DNA from: an uncultured Candidatus Binatia bacterium
GTDB lineage: Bacteria > Desulfobacterota > Binatia > UBA9968 > JAJDTQ01
DNA length: 64,000 nt
Direction: 5' to 3'
NCBI GenBank assembly: GCA_965215605.1
Contig: OZ244070.1
Coordinates: 1,856,001 to 1,920,000 of the forward strand
Part shown: piece after piece, positions 10,510 to 19,519 of the stretch
Numbering within the stretch: position 1 is the stretch's first letter
How the letters are laid out: every line of letters begins with the position of its first letter
Notes under the pieces: model-generated
Database searches by the model: none
What the model was told of the DNA's origin: nothing
What the model saw: only the letters and a program-made list of their open reading frames with translations
Program-made: the position numbers and the translations under genes

Positions 10510-11678
10510 AAGGGATGTACGGATTTGAGAAGGGCGAGTCGACCGTTTTCGGTGATCTCGTCACGCCACCAAACGTCTTCGATGCACTCGATTTCCGCCG
10601 GGCTGATGAGGGTGTCGCCGACCGTTTTCTCTAGTGCAAAGAGTCGATCAAGAATGGTTCGGCGGACTGCTAGGGTGAATGGACCGAACACCTGGGAGCC
10701 GTCGGACCGGTTCCGAGGGTTACCGTCACGGCGCACGGGAAGTCGATTGCTGTCGTCCTCCCGCAAGGCGATGAGCCATTCGCGGAAGTCCGACAGGCTT
10801 TCCATCTTCTTGGCCTCCTCGTGCCCTGAATCGATCAGGCCCCGGAGACTGCGGTCTTTAGTGACCACCGTGCATGTCCAACAGCCGAATCGTGGGGAGG
10901 AACTGCCACATGACGGTGCGTCGTCTTGTGTCATTACCAGTGGACACTCGCCCCCTCCGGCTTGACGATAGAGAGTGATTAGCCGGCGATGGGTGCCGCC
11001 CCATGGTGGGCGGCGCTGCATCAATACCATCCAGACATCCTCATCGCTGAGGTCGGCAAGCGGGGAGAATATCCGACAGCCCTCCACAGAGTCGTGTTGA
11101 TTGCTTTTCCCGGCAGACACCTTGCGTCGGTCCATGCCTCGCTGCCGGTTTTGTGACTCGCTCCGGCGGCTACCGATTAGGAGAACGGCCCCCCCATGCT
11201 CTCTCACGATGTCTTGCAACAGACGGCTAGTCGGCCGAATTTTCATTCGGTCTGTGCACCACCGAAAATTCCTGGTGGGAGGTATGTATCCCCGCCCTAT
11301 CACACTCACCCAAAAGGTCTGATCGATGGCTGGTGTGGTGACCCGAATGTCCACAGGCATTTCTTGTGTTGTGGCGGCGGCCTCAATCACGTTGAGCGAT
11401 CCTCGGAGATGCCGAATGACGAGCGGCGACTCGACTAGAGTATCATTGCCGACGATGAAGATGGATCGCTGCCGTTGGTCTGTTGGTAGCCCGGCAACTG
11501 TTTCCCAAATCATCTGTAGGAGAAGGGTAGAGTCCTTCCCTCCAGAATAAGCAACAATCCAGGGATGGCCGTGCTTGCGACAGTACTCCCGTCGGAGGGT
11601 CTCTGCGATCTTCTTGAGCCGCGTAGGTAGACTCGTCAGGCTGTTACTGGTCGCCGTTGAACTCGTCGGCGCCTTCAT
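10506..11678 (-). CDS. dndC: DNA phosphorothioation sulfurtransferase DndC (PAPS reductase family)
   Basis: PWIVAYSGGKDS, DTLVE, FWVSVIGRGY, RWCTDRMKI, GECPLV, SCG..PRFGCWTCTVV, GPFTL; ATGA overlap with upstream gene. Confidence 0.9.
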   Translation of the reverse strand: MKAPTSSTATSNSLTSLPTRLKKIAETLRREYCRKHGHPWIVAYSGGKDSTLLLQMIWETVAGLPTDQRQRSIFIVGNDTLVESPLVIRHLRGSLNVIEAAATTQEMPVDIRVTTPAIDQTFWVSVIGRGYIPPTRNFRWCTDRMKIRPTSRLLQDIVREHGGAVLLIGSRRSESQNRQRGMDRRKVSAGKSNQHDSVEGCRIFSPLADLSDEDVWMVLMQRRPPWGGTHRRLITLYRQAGGGECPLVMTQDDAPSCGSSSPRFGCWTCTVVTKDRSLRGLIDSGHEEAKKMESLSDFREWLIALREDDSNRLPVRRDGNPRNRSDGSQVFGPFTLAVRRTILDRLFALEKTVGDTLISPAEIECIEDVWWRDEITENGRLALLKSVHPL

Positions 11679-12820
11679 GTCGTGATGCTCCGAAGAGTTG
11701 ACACAGCGTCATTAACGCGTTGTCCAACGAAGTCGACCTCTACCTCTGTAGTATAGCGACCAACGCTGAATCGCACGGAGGAGAGTGCCAGCGTTTCGGT
11801 GACACCGAGTCCCTCCAGCACGTGTGATGGCTCAATCGACGCCGCCGTGCATGCGGAACCTGCCGAGATCGCAACATCGCCAAGAGCCAGCATCAGCGAC
11901 TCGGCCTCCACGCCGGGAAAGGCAATGTTCAAAATGCCTGGGACTCGCGCGGTACGGTTGCCGTTGACGACCGCCCCGCCAATCTCGTCCAACCAGCCAA
12001 GGAGGCGTCGGTCGATGGCTGCCACTCGTTCCGCGTCACTACTCTGACAGTCGTTTGTGAGCCGCGCCGCCGCTCCTAGACCAACAACCTGGTGGGTCGC
12101 CAACGTCCCAGCCCGCAGCCCAGCTTCTTGTCCGCCTCCATGGATCTGGGGGATGAGCAACGGCCGAACGGAGCGGCGCACAAATAGAGCACCCACACCT
12201 TTCGGGCCATATATCTTGTGGCCGCTCAATGACAGGAGGTCTACTCCCATGAGCGAGACATCGATCGGAAGTCGTGCGGCGCTCTGTACGGCGTCGACAT
12301 GAAACAGTGTGCCGTTTTTCCGTACCACGCGCGCTATGCTCGGGATATCAGTAACAGTCCCAACCTCATTGTTTACGTGCATAAGGGAGACTAACGCGGT
12401 GTCCGGTCGAAGATCCGCGCGGACGACATCCGGCGTGATCATGCCATCGGCGTCAGGTGTGAGGTAGGTCACCTCCACGCCCTGGCCAGAGAGCCAGTCT
12501 GCGGTATCGAGTACTGCCTTATGCTCTAGTGAGGAGACGAGGAGATGCCGACCGCGTACGCTAGGCGATAGCATTACTCCCTTGATGGCTAAATTGATCG
12601 CCTCTGTCGCACCGGAGGTCCAGAAGATTTCATCGGCGTCTGCGCCGATCAACCGCGAGACATGCCCGCGGGCCTCCTCAATAGCCTCTGAAGCTGCATG
12701 CCCAAAGCGGTGGGTGACGGAATGCGGGTTTCCGAAGACGCCGTCGGCTGTCAGAAACTTGGCCATCGTGTTCGCGACTTCCGGTGCAACAGGGGTCGTC
12801 GCAGCGTAGTCTAGGTACAC
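11675..12820 (-). CDS. dndA: Cysteine desulfurase, DndA/IscS-like
   Basis: YLDYAATTP, TSGATEA, EHKAV, HVNNEVG, SGHKIYGPKG (PLP Lys), SAGSACT (catalytic Cys); short C-terminus; coupled to dndC; start uncertain (ORF open to 12997). Confidence 0.85.
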   Translation of the reverse strand: MYLDYAATTPVAPEVANTMAKFLTADGVFGNPHSVTHRFGHAASEAIEEARGHVSRLIGADADEIFWTSGATEAINLAIKGVMLSPSVRGRHLLVSSLEHKAVLDTADWLSGQGVEVTYLTPDADGMITPDVVRADLRPDTALVSLMHVNNEVGTVTDIPSIARVVRKNGTLFHVDAVQSAARLPIDVSLMGVDLLSLSGHKIYGPKGVGALFVRRSVRPLLIPQIHGGGQEAGLRAGTLATHQVVGLGAAARLTNDCQSSDAERVAAIDRRLLGWLDEIGGAVVNGNRTARVPGILNIAFPGVEAESLMLALGDVAISAGSACTAASIEPSHVLEGLGVTETLALSSVRFSVGRYTTEVEVDFVGQRVNDAVSTLRSITT

Positions 12821-13091
12821 GCCCTCTTCTGGATACGATACCCACTCGTCGCCTACGAAATACAGTTTTCGATGTGTTTTCAATAAGTTACTCGGTCTAT
12901 GAGGTGCCCCCGTGGCCCTTCCCAACCCTGATAGACTCGGCGGCTCTACCGTTCCAGTTCGTTTAGAATGACTCCACACATATGGATGCAACCGCAAAAC
13001 TGATGCCAGTGTCTGTTGGGTCGAGTCTCGCAGATTTCTTTCGGTGGTTCAACGGATTGTTCTCGACTACCGCTTTACCTGCACTCCCCAC

Positions 13092-13877
13092 TCAGGACAT
13101 CAACCTCCCGCCAGATACATTCAGCGCCTCCCCCGTGGTGTGCGACGAATCACTGGAGGCCAGGAAGAGGGCGGCGTTGGCCACTTCCTCGTGCAGTGCG
13201 TGTTTCCGCAGCGGCGTCTGCTTCAGGACGTTTTCCCACAACTCCTCGAAGGAGACGCCGAGGCCCTTGGCGCGGTCGTGGTACATTTCCCGCAGGTCGG
13301 CCTCGTCCATGCCGCCGGGGCAGATGACGTTGGCGCGGACGCCCGAGGGGCCGGCTTCCTTGGCGATGGTCTGGGTGAGTCCCAGCAGGCCCCACTTGGC
13401 GGCGCACAGGGAGCCGCGGAGCGCCATGCCCTCGCGGCCGGCGGTGCCGGAAATGCTGACGATGCTGCCGCGCTTCTGCCCCATCATGACCGGCAACGCG
13501 GCTTTGCAGCAGAGGAAGATGGCCTTGAGGTTGACGTTGAGGACCTGGTCCCATTCCTCCTCGGTGATCTCGTGCACCTCGACCATGGGGCCGCGGAAGC
13601 CGACGCTGTTGACCAGGATGTCCAGGCGTCCCCACTTGGCCGCCACGTCGGCAACCATTTTGTCGATCTGTGCCGCGTCGGTGGCGTCGGCCGTCATGGC
13701 TACGGCCTCGCCGCCCTTCTGTCCGATGGCTTGGACGACCCCGTCGAGCTCCGGCTCCATCTTCTCGAGATCCACCAGAACGATCTTTGCGCCCTCACCC
13801 GCGAAGGTGTGGGCGATGGCCTCGCCGATGCCGCGGGCGCCGCCGACGATGACTGCGATCTGATCTGAAAGTTTCAT
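13092..13877 (-). CDS. Short-chain dehydrogenase/reductase (SDR)
   Basis: GGARGIG, LDILVN, NVICPG; the catalytic YxxxK position reads CAAAK-like (SLCAAK); GGAGG RBS. Confidence 0.88.
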   Translation of the reverse strand: MKLSDQIAVIVGGARGIGEAIAHTFAGEGAKIVLVDLEKMEPELDGVVQAIGQKGGEAVAMTADATDAAQIDKMVADVAAKWGRLDILVNSVGFRGPMVEVHEITEEEWDQVLNVNLKAIFLCCKAALPVMMGQKRGSIVSISGTAGREGMALRGSLCAAKWGLLGLTQTIAKEAGPSGVRANVICPGGMDEADLREMYHDRAKGLGVSFEELWENVLKQTPLRKHALHEEVANAALFLASSDSSHTTGEALNVSGGRLMS

Positions 13878-13955
13878 ACGATTCCTCCGGACTGAGGTGG
13901 TCCTGGTTTGTAGGACAGGTAGGCGGCGGAGATAAGGTGTATTCCAGACGTTCGA

Positions 13956-14882
13956 TCATGCCGCCAAGGTCCCGTTTATCACGTCTTCGTGTTCCGATGG
14001 AACTGACAGAGGGGCGGGCGGGGTGTGAGGTCCGGCCTGCCTCTTGAGTCCTCGTTCGTAGGCCTCGGCCGGGGTGGAGCCGGCGAGGGCGGAATGAGGC
14101 CTTTGGGTGTTGTAGAAGTGGAGCCAGTTGGCGATGGTCCTTTGGGCGGCGAAGCCGTCCGAGAGCTCGTGCAGGTAGACGGCCTCGTACTTGAGGGAGC
14201 GCCACAGGCGCTCGATGAAGATGTTGTCCATGCACCGGCCCCTGCCGTCCATGGAGATGGCGACGCCGGCGTCCTTGAGCACGGAGGTGAACTCCAGGCT
14301 GGTGAACTGGCTGCCCTGGTCGGTGTTGAAGATCTCGGGAGGGCCGTAGCGTTCCAGAGCCTCTGAGAGGGCCTCGACACAGAAGCGGGCATCGAGGGTG
14401 TTCGACAGCCTCCAGGAGAGCACCCGGCGGGTGGCCCAGTCCATCACCGCCACCAGGTACAGGAAGCCCTTCTGGACAGGGATATAGGTGATGTCGGAGG
14501 TCCACGCGTGATTGGGCCGTTCGATGGCGACCCCCTTGAGCCGATAGGGGTAGACCCGGTGCTCGGGATGCGGTCGGGTGGTCCGCGGCGCCTGGTAGAT
14601 GGCCTGTAGACCCATCAGGCGCATCAGACGCCGCACCCGGTGACGACCCACACGGTCGCCCTCCCGCCACAGATGGCGGACCATCTGGCGGCTGCCGTAG
14701 AAGGGGTACTCCAGGAACAGCTTGTCGATCCGGCGCATCAGCGCCAGATTCTCCGCGCTCTCGCCCTTGGGCCGGTGGTACACGGAGGATCGACTCACTC
14801 GAAGCAGATGGCATTGACGGCTCAAGCTGAGCTTGGGATGGCCGGGCTCGATCATCCCCCGGCGCTTCTCCCGGCTCACCAC
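13956..14882 (-). CDS. IS3-family transposase OrfB (DDE/rve)
   Basis: WTSDITY, FNTDQGSQF, DNIFIERLWRSLKYE. Confidence 0.93.
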   Translation of the reverse strand: MVSREKRRGMIEPGHPKLSLSRQCHLLRVSRSSVYHRPKGESAENLALMRRIDKLFLEYPFYGSRQMVRHLWREGDRVGRHRVRRLMRLMGLQAIYQAPRTTRPHPEHRVYPYRLKGVAIERPNHAWTSDITYIPVQKGFLYLVAVMDWATRRVLSWRLSNTLDARFCVEALSEALERYGPPEIFNTDQGSQFTSLEFTSVLKDAGVAISMDGRGRCMDNIFIERLWRSLKYEAVYLHELSDGFAAQRTIANWLHFYNTQRPHSALAGSTPAEAYERGLKRQAGPHTPPAPLSVPSEHEDVINGTLAA

Positions 14883-15157
14883 TTGAGCCCTTTGGCCAAA
14901 AAATCCCGCTCCACCGTCAACTCCCCGATCTTCGCGTGCAGGTCCCGAATCTCCCCCTCGTGGTCGCCCCTCGTCCGCTCCGTCCCCTTCGTGAAGACCT
15001 CCTTCATCCCCTCCACCGCCCGCTGCTTCCAGGTGCTCACCTGGTTCGGATGAACCTTGTGCCGCACAGCGATCTCCTGGATCGTCTTGTCCCCGCGCAG
15101 CGCCTCCAGCGCCACCTTCGCCTTGAAGTCTCCGCTGAACCGTCGTCGTGTGCTCAT
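14876..15157 (-). CDS. IS3-family transposase OrfA (HTH)
   Basis: RRRFSGDFKAKVALEA..HPNQVSTWK..IGELTVERDFL; overlaps orfB. Confidence 0.92.
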   Translation of the reverse strand: MSTRRRFSGDFKAKVALEALRGDKTIQEIAVRHKVHPNQVSTWKQRAVEGMKEVFTKGTERTRGDHEGEIRDLHAKIGELTVERDFLAKGLKW

Positions 15158-15378
15158 TGCGTATCCCTCCCTAAGTCGGTGGAATACACCTTAGTAACCT
15201 GTCCGATTTTCCAGGACCACCTCACCCTAAGTCGGTGGAATACACCTTAGCAACCTGTCCGATTTTCCAGGACCACCTCAGACATAGCCAGAATAGTGCG
15301 CTTATGTATCTTCAAGCATCTGGATGGGACATGTCGAAGAGTGCCGGGCGGTCCGCGGCAGTCACAATAGATACCGCG

Positions 15379-15545
15379 TCAGAGCACAGTCTGGCGGGCT
15401 ATTCTAGGGAGCCATTCCTCGTCTGGGACATCTCCGCGGAAGTGATCTTCCAGTAGTTCGACCTGGAATCCACGCTCGCGCAGTGCGGCGGCAAAAATCT
15501 TTCCCCCCAGGCATTGATCGAGGACGAAGGTGAGATTTTCAGGCG
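15379..15545 (-). pseudogene. Truncated PIN-like toxin (VapC45-like)
   Basis: FVLDQCLG..AAALR..G..DHF..DVPDEEWL followed by an early stop before the expected hhTxD motif; directly after a DUF433 gene. Confidence 0.7.
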
Positions 15546-16246
15546 GCCGGCTCGAATTGCTCGCATCGGATAGCTTCTTCGATGTCTGACGGGGGGCGGG
15601 CATAATCGGCAGCGAGTTCTTCGACGGAGTCCCCGGCTGCGAAGCTTTGGTAGACGACTCTCGTTGCTATGTGGCTACCCACCAACACGGGACGACCAAA
15701 CGAAATACGCGGATCAACGACAACCCGGGGTTGTTGGACTTCGGCGGGCGGCAGGTCTCTCCGATTGAACAGATGGAGCTTCGTCGCAATACCGGTCATG
15801 TCACGTTCGATTCTCTTCAGGTATGTTCTAAGAAACTCGCGTATACCGATTTGCCCACCTTGAGTTATGTTGACCACCTCCCCGAGTTGGTCAACAAACA
15901 GGTCCATACCATCCGTTTCAAAGTCCTTTTCAGCCAACGGATGTGGCGACGGAAATTGCTGATACAGATAGTCCAGGCCACGCCTAATGCTTCTGAACGG
16001 TACGTTGCATTGTCGAATGGCTTCGAGGACGTGCGCCTCTGTCAGGTTCACGAAAGATAAAAGGCCACGCGATTCGTCGGCCAGCTTGATCACCGGTTCG
16101 GACCATTGCTCGCCTTGGGCGGTCGGATAGGTTCGCCCACGAACCCACGTCCGCAGCGTGCTCGGTGGTATGCGTAGGTAGTGGGCCGCCTCGCCTATTC
16201 CATAGGCCGGCAACTCACGTGGGTCTTTTCCCCCGTAAAGATTCAT
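15539..16246 (-). CDS. DUF433 / VapB45-like antitoxin with N-terminal HTH
   Basis: YGIGEAAHYL, LSFVNLTEAHVL, VVVDPRISFGRPVL, AGDSVEELAADY. Confidence 0.85.
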   Translation of the reverse strand: MNLYGGKDPRELPAYGIGEAAHYLRIPPSTLRTWVRGRTYPTAQGEQWSEPVIKLADESRGLLSFVNLTEAHVLEAIRQCNVPFRSIRRGLDYLYQQFPSPHPLAEKDFETDGMDLFVDQLGEVVNITQGGQIGIREFLRTYLKRIERDMTGIATKLHLFNRRDLPPAEVQQPRVVVDPRISFGRPVLVGSHIATRVVYQSFAAGDSVEELAADYARPPSDIEEAIRCEQFEPAA

Positions 16247-16387
16247 TATGTTCCGTTGACGCCACAACTTTCCGGGCGAGTCAAGGGGCAGCCCGCAATA
16301 AACCGGTTTCCTTGGGTTTCTCTTTCTTCAAGAACCCTTGCGTCAAGGCTGCTCGCGGAGACAGTGGACGTCACCGTCCAAACATCA

Positions 16388-17371
16388 TCAAGCGCCACCC
16401 AGCGCCGTCACCACGGCGATGACTCCGGCCACGGTGACGCCGGAGAAGATCGTGGTCCAGAAGACCACGTCGCCGGTGAGCTCGGCGTCGCCGTCGAGCT
16501 CGATGGTGAGGATGAGGGTGTTGACGGCGGTGGGGGCGGCGGCGCCGATGATGAGGTGGGCGCCGGGCCAGGGCCAGAGGCCGAAGGCGTATGCCGCGGT
16601 GCCGACGAGCACGGGCAAGGCCAGGAGCTTGACGAACGCGATGGGCGCCACCTGCCGCCATCGGGGCCAGCGGGCGCCCTTGGCAAGCTGAGCGCCCAGG
16701 GCCACGAGCATCATGGGCACCAGCGCCCCGGCCAACGAGCGCAGGGGGAAGGACACCCACACGGGCAGGAAGTCCGCGCCGTTGAATGAGCGGAGGCGGA
16801 TCTCCCTCAGTATGAAGGAGGTCACCAGGGCGTAGGGTATGGGGAGCTTGAGGATTCCCAGGGCCTCGCGGGCGCGCCCGCCCCTGGCCACGGCCAAAAC
16901 CAGGTAGCCCAGGAACCAGACCAGCAGGTTGCTGAGCATCACCACCAGCGCCTGCACGTGCAGGCCCGCTTCCGCGTCCGGCTGGCCCTGGAACAGCGTG
17001 CCGCCCTCGATGTAGAGCAGGTGGGCGACGGGGATGCCGAAGTTGCCGGCGTTGAACACGATGCTGCCGAGGATGACGGCGGCGACCGTCTTGCTGGGTG
17101 CGTGGAGGGCGCGTCCGCTGGCGAACAGCAGCAACCCGAGGACGCCCAGGACGATCAGGAACACCAGGGCGATGAGCCCGATCTGGCCCCAGGGGATGTC
17201 GCTGTCGTAGATCTTCACCAGCAGGAACGACGGCACCAGCAGGTACATGCTGATGCGGGCGAGAGTTTCCAGGCTCAACGACTGGTAGCGTTGCAGCAGC
17301 GTGCCGAAGCCCACCATGAGCAGCAGCGGCAGCAGGATGTTGTAGAGGATCTGGCCGGTGTGGTGCAGCAT
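16388..17371 (-). CDS. AEC-family (auxin efflux carrier-like) transporter
   Basis: About 10 hydrophobic segments, FNAGNFGIP, AAAPTAVN. Confidence 0.85.
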   Translation of the reverse strand: MLHHTGQILYNILLPLLLMVGFGTLLQRYQSLSLETLARISMYLLVPSFLLVKIYDSDIPWGQIGLIALVFLIVLGVLGLLLFASGRALHAPSKTVAAVILGSIVFNAGNFGIPVAHLLYIEGGTLFQGQPDAEAGLHVQALVVMLSNLLVWFLGYLVLAVARGGRAREALGILKLPIPYALVTSFILREIRLRSFNGADFLPVWVSFPLRSLAGALVPMMLVALGAQLAKGARWPRWRQVAPIAFVKLLALPVLVGTAAYAFGLWPWPGAHLIIGAAAPTAVNTLILTIELDGDAELTGDVVFWTTIFSGVTVAGVIAVVTALGGA

Positions 17372-17549
17372 GGAGCGGGGGAGGCGTTATCGGCCCGTGC
17401 GCGGGCCGGTCCGCCTTACCGGGGTGTTGCCGGCGCGCGGCGGCGAGATCTCGCGGGCAAAATGACGCCGGCGCTCCGAGGCTCCCGCGCGGGCAGGTCC
17501 CCGAAGCGCCGGCTGGTGACGACACTAGTGACTGTTGACTAGCCCGTGC

Positions 17550-18038
17550 CTACCCCGCGGATTCCGCGAAGAACTTGCCGGGCATCTCGATGGGCGGCAG
17601 GGTCTTGTTCTCCTCCGAGTCGGAGGGGATCTCCTTGCCGTCGGGGCCGAGGCGCGCATCGTCGCCCCGCGGCGGCGTGGCGTCGATGCCGCAACCGATG
17701 CGCAGCACCACGAGGTTGCCGTCGCCGGTGTTGAGGTAACGATAGTAGGCGCCCTTGGGGATCATGATCCCCTGGTACTTGTCGATCTTCAACTCGTTGC
17801 CCTTCTCGTCGAACACCGACATCTGGCCTTCCAGCACCACGAAGGAATGGTCCTCGTCCAGGTGGCAGTGGACCGCGTTCTCGCCGCCCTCGGAGTTGAT
17901 CTTGGTGTGGATCCACATGTTGTCGGTCTTGGCCACGAGCTGGGTGACCCGGCCCTGCTGCATGTAGGGGGTCTTCAGCGAATACCTGTAAGCCCTGGGC
18001 CTTTCCTCGACTTCCTGCTTCTCGGCGACTGCTTCCAT
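17550..18038 (-). CDS. Cupin-domain protein
   Basis: GGENAVHCHLDEDHSFVVLEG and GIMIPKGAYYRY cupin motifs. Confidence 0.85.
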   Translation of the reverse strand: MEAVAEKQEVEERPRAYRYSLKTPYMQQGRVTQLVAKTDNMWIHTKINSEGGENAVHCHLDEDHSFVVLEGQMSVFDEKGNELKIDKYQGIMIPKGAYYRYLNTGDGNLVVLRIGCGIDATPPRGDDARLGPDGKEIPSDSEENKTLPPIEMPGKFFAESAG

Positions 18039-18117
18039 GGTGAACTCCTTTCCGAACGTTTCGTGTTCTTTCCGTCAATGAGGATGGCCCGCACGCGCGG
18101 GTCCTGCGCCTGTTCCC

Positions 18118-19176
18118 TCAGGCGTTGACGCCCTCCAGCTTGAGGTCGTAGAGCTTCAGCACGTTCTCGCGCACCACCTTGCGGAAGATGTCCGACGGCA
18201 GGTGTCCGAGCTCGTCGGTGATGACCTGGCGCGAGTGCGGCCAGGTGGACGCCGCGTGCGGGTAGTCGTTGGACCACATGCAGGTCTCGCTGCCCCACCA
18301 GTCCAGCAGCCGGCCGCCGGTGGGGTCGCTGAAGAAGGTGGCGTAGAACTGCTCGCTGCAGTACTCGCTGGGAAGCTTCTTCATGTGCGGCAGCGGCGCC
18401 TTGGTGGCGTGGCGCTTGAAGTACTTGTCCCACTCGTGGAGGTAGAACGGGATCCACGAGATCTCGTTCTCCACGTACACGAACTTGAGGTCCGGATAGT
18501 TGGACATGGGGCCGCCGAAGACCAACTCGAACAGGGTGTTGGCGGCGTCCGCCAGCTTCTGGTTGACGGTCATGCGGTAGACGTCCAGGCCCTCTCTTTC
18601 GTACCGGCTGTAGTTGAACCCCGTGAGGATGTGCAGGTTGACGGGCATCTGCAGATCCTGCGCCGCCTCCCAGAACGGGTTGTAGTGGTCGCTGGTGAAG
18701 GGGAGGTGATCCGGCGGCACCTGCCAGATCAGGCAGCCCACCAGCCCGGCCTTCTTGCAGCGCTCCAGTTCCTTGATGGCGTTGTCGATGTTGTAGAGCG
18801 AGATCGACGGCACGCCCACGAGCTTGTGGGGGTGCACCTTGCAGTAGTCGATGAGCCAGTCGTTGGCGAGTTCGAAGCAGGCTTCCTGAAGCTCTGCGTC
18901 CTCCAGGGCGAACAGGCGCAGTCCCAGGGTCGGGTAGAGTACCTCGGCGGACACTCCGTCCACCGCCATCTCCTCCACCCGCGCCCGCGGGTCGTAGCCG
19001 CCGGGCTTCTCGCCGATGGCGTTCCGGGGCGGAAACTCGGGATAGCGGCCCTTGAAGCTCGCGGGGAGGTTCTTGACCCACAGGTCCGTGGGCTCCATGA
19101 TGTGGGAGTCCGCGGATACGATGATCTCGGTGGCCGGATCCAGGCCGGTCGCGGTTGTCGGCATGCTTACGCTCAA
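18118..19176 (-). CDS. Amidohydrolase family protein (Amidohydro_2)
   Basis: SADSHIME, VLYPT, PVNLH, WSNDYPH; GAGGAGG RBS before TTG. Confidence 0.9.
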   Translation of the reverse strand: MSVSMPTTATGLDPATEIIVSADSHIMEPTDLWVKNLPASFKGRYPEFPPRNAIGEKPGGYDPRARVEEMAVDGVSAEVLYPTLGLRLFALEDAELQEACFELANDWLIDYCKVHPHKLVGVPSISLYNIDNAIKELERCKKAGLVGCLIWQVPPDHLPFTSDHYNPFWEAAQDLQMPVNLHILTGFNYSRYEREGLDVYRMTVNQKLADAANTLFELVFGGPMSNYPDLKFVYVENEISWIPFYLHEWDKYFKRHATKAPLPHMKKLPSEYCSEQFYATFFSDPTGGRLLDWWGSETCMWSNDYPHAASTWPHSRQVITDELGHLPSDIFRKVVRENVLKLYDLKLEGVNA

Positions 19177-19288
19177 GTTTCGATCCTCCTCTTTTTCTTG
19201 TTGGTTCAGTTACTTCTTATGCCTTTTTGGGTCGTTTTGTCCACCGCGAGAGCGGGCACGGCTGGGCGATGCAGCTACCGTTCTGAAT

Positions 19289-19405
19289 CGTCATTCCCGC
19301 GAAAGCGGGAATCCAGGTGTGGGGAGGGTGGGCAACTGCTTCCCGGCCCCACCCCGCCTGGATTCCCGCTTTCGTGGGAATGACGGAGAGGTAGCGGGAA
19401 TGACG
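19289..19405. repeat. Intergenic palindromic repeat (REP/RPE/dRS3-like)
   Basis: CGTCATTCCCGCGAAAGCGGGAATCCAG (19289-19316), inverted copy CTGGATTCCCGCTTTCGTGGGAATGACG (19358-19385), and a partial third GCGGGAATGACG. Confidence 0.85.
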
Positions 19406-19519
19406 AGAATGGCGGCGTGTTCGGAGCGCAACGGTGCGCTCGACAGCCCGGTGTGTTATGACCACTGCAACGCGGGCCGGAGACGGACCCGTCGTGAAAA
19501 CCACCTTCGGAGGCAACTC

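Larger units (their letters stand above)
13893..15280 (-). mobile_element. IS3-family insertion sequence with tandemly duplicated left end
   Basis: IRs TGAGGTGGTCCTGG..GGACAGGT at 13893 and at 15224/15280; 3-bp GAC direct repeat flanks 13893 and 15280. Confidence 0.93.

Noticed and set aside
11675-12820. Housekeeping iscS
   Set aside because: No iscR/iscU/mnmA context, short C-terminus, and coupling to dndC favour DndA.
4523-13091. att direct repeats, tRNA or integrase bounding the dnd island
   Set aside because: None seen by eye; the boundaries are inferred from composition and gene content only.
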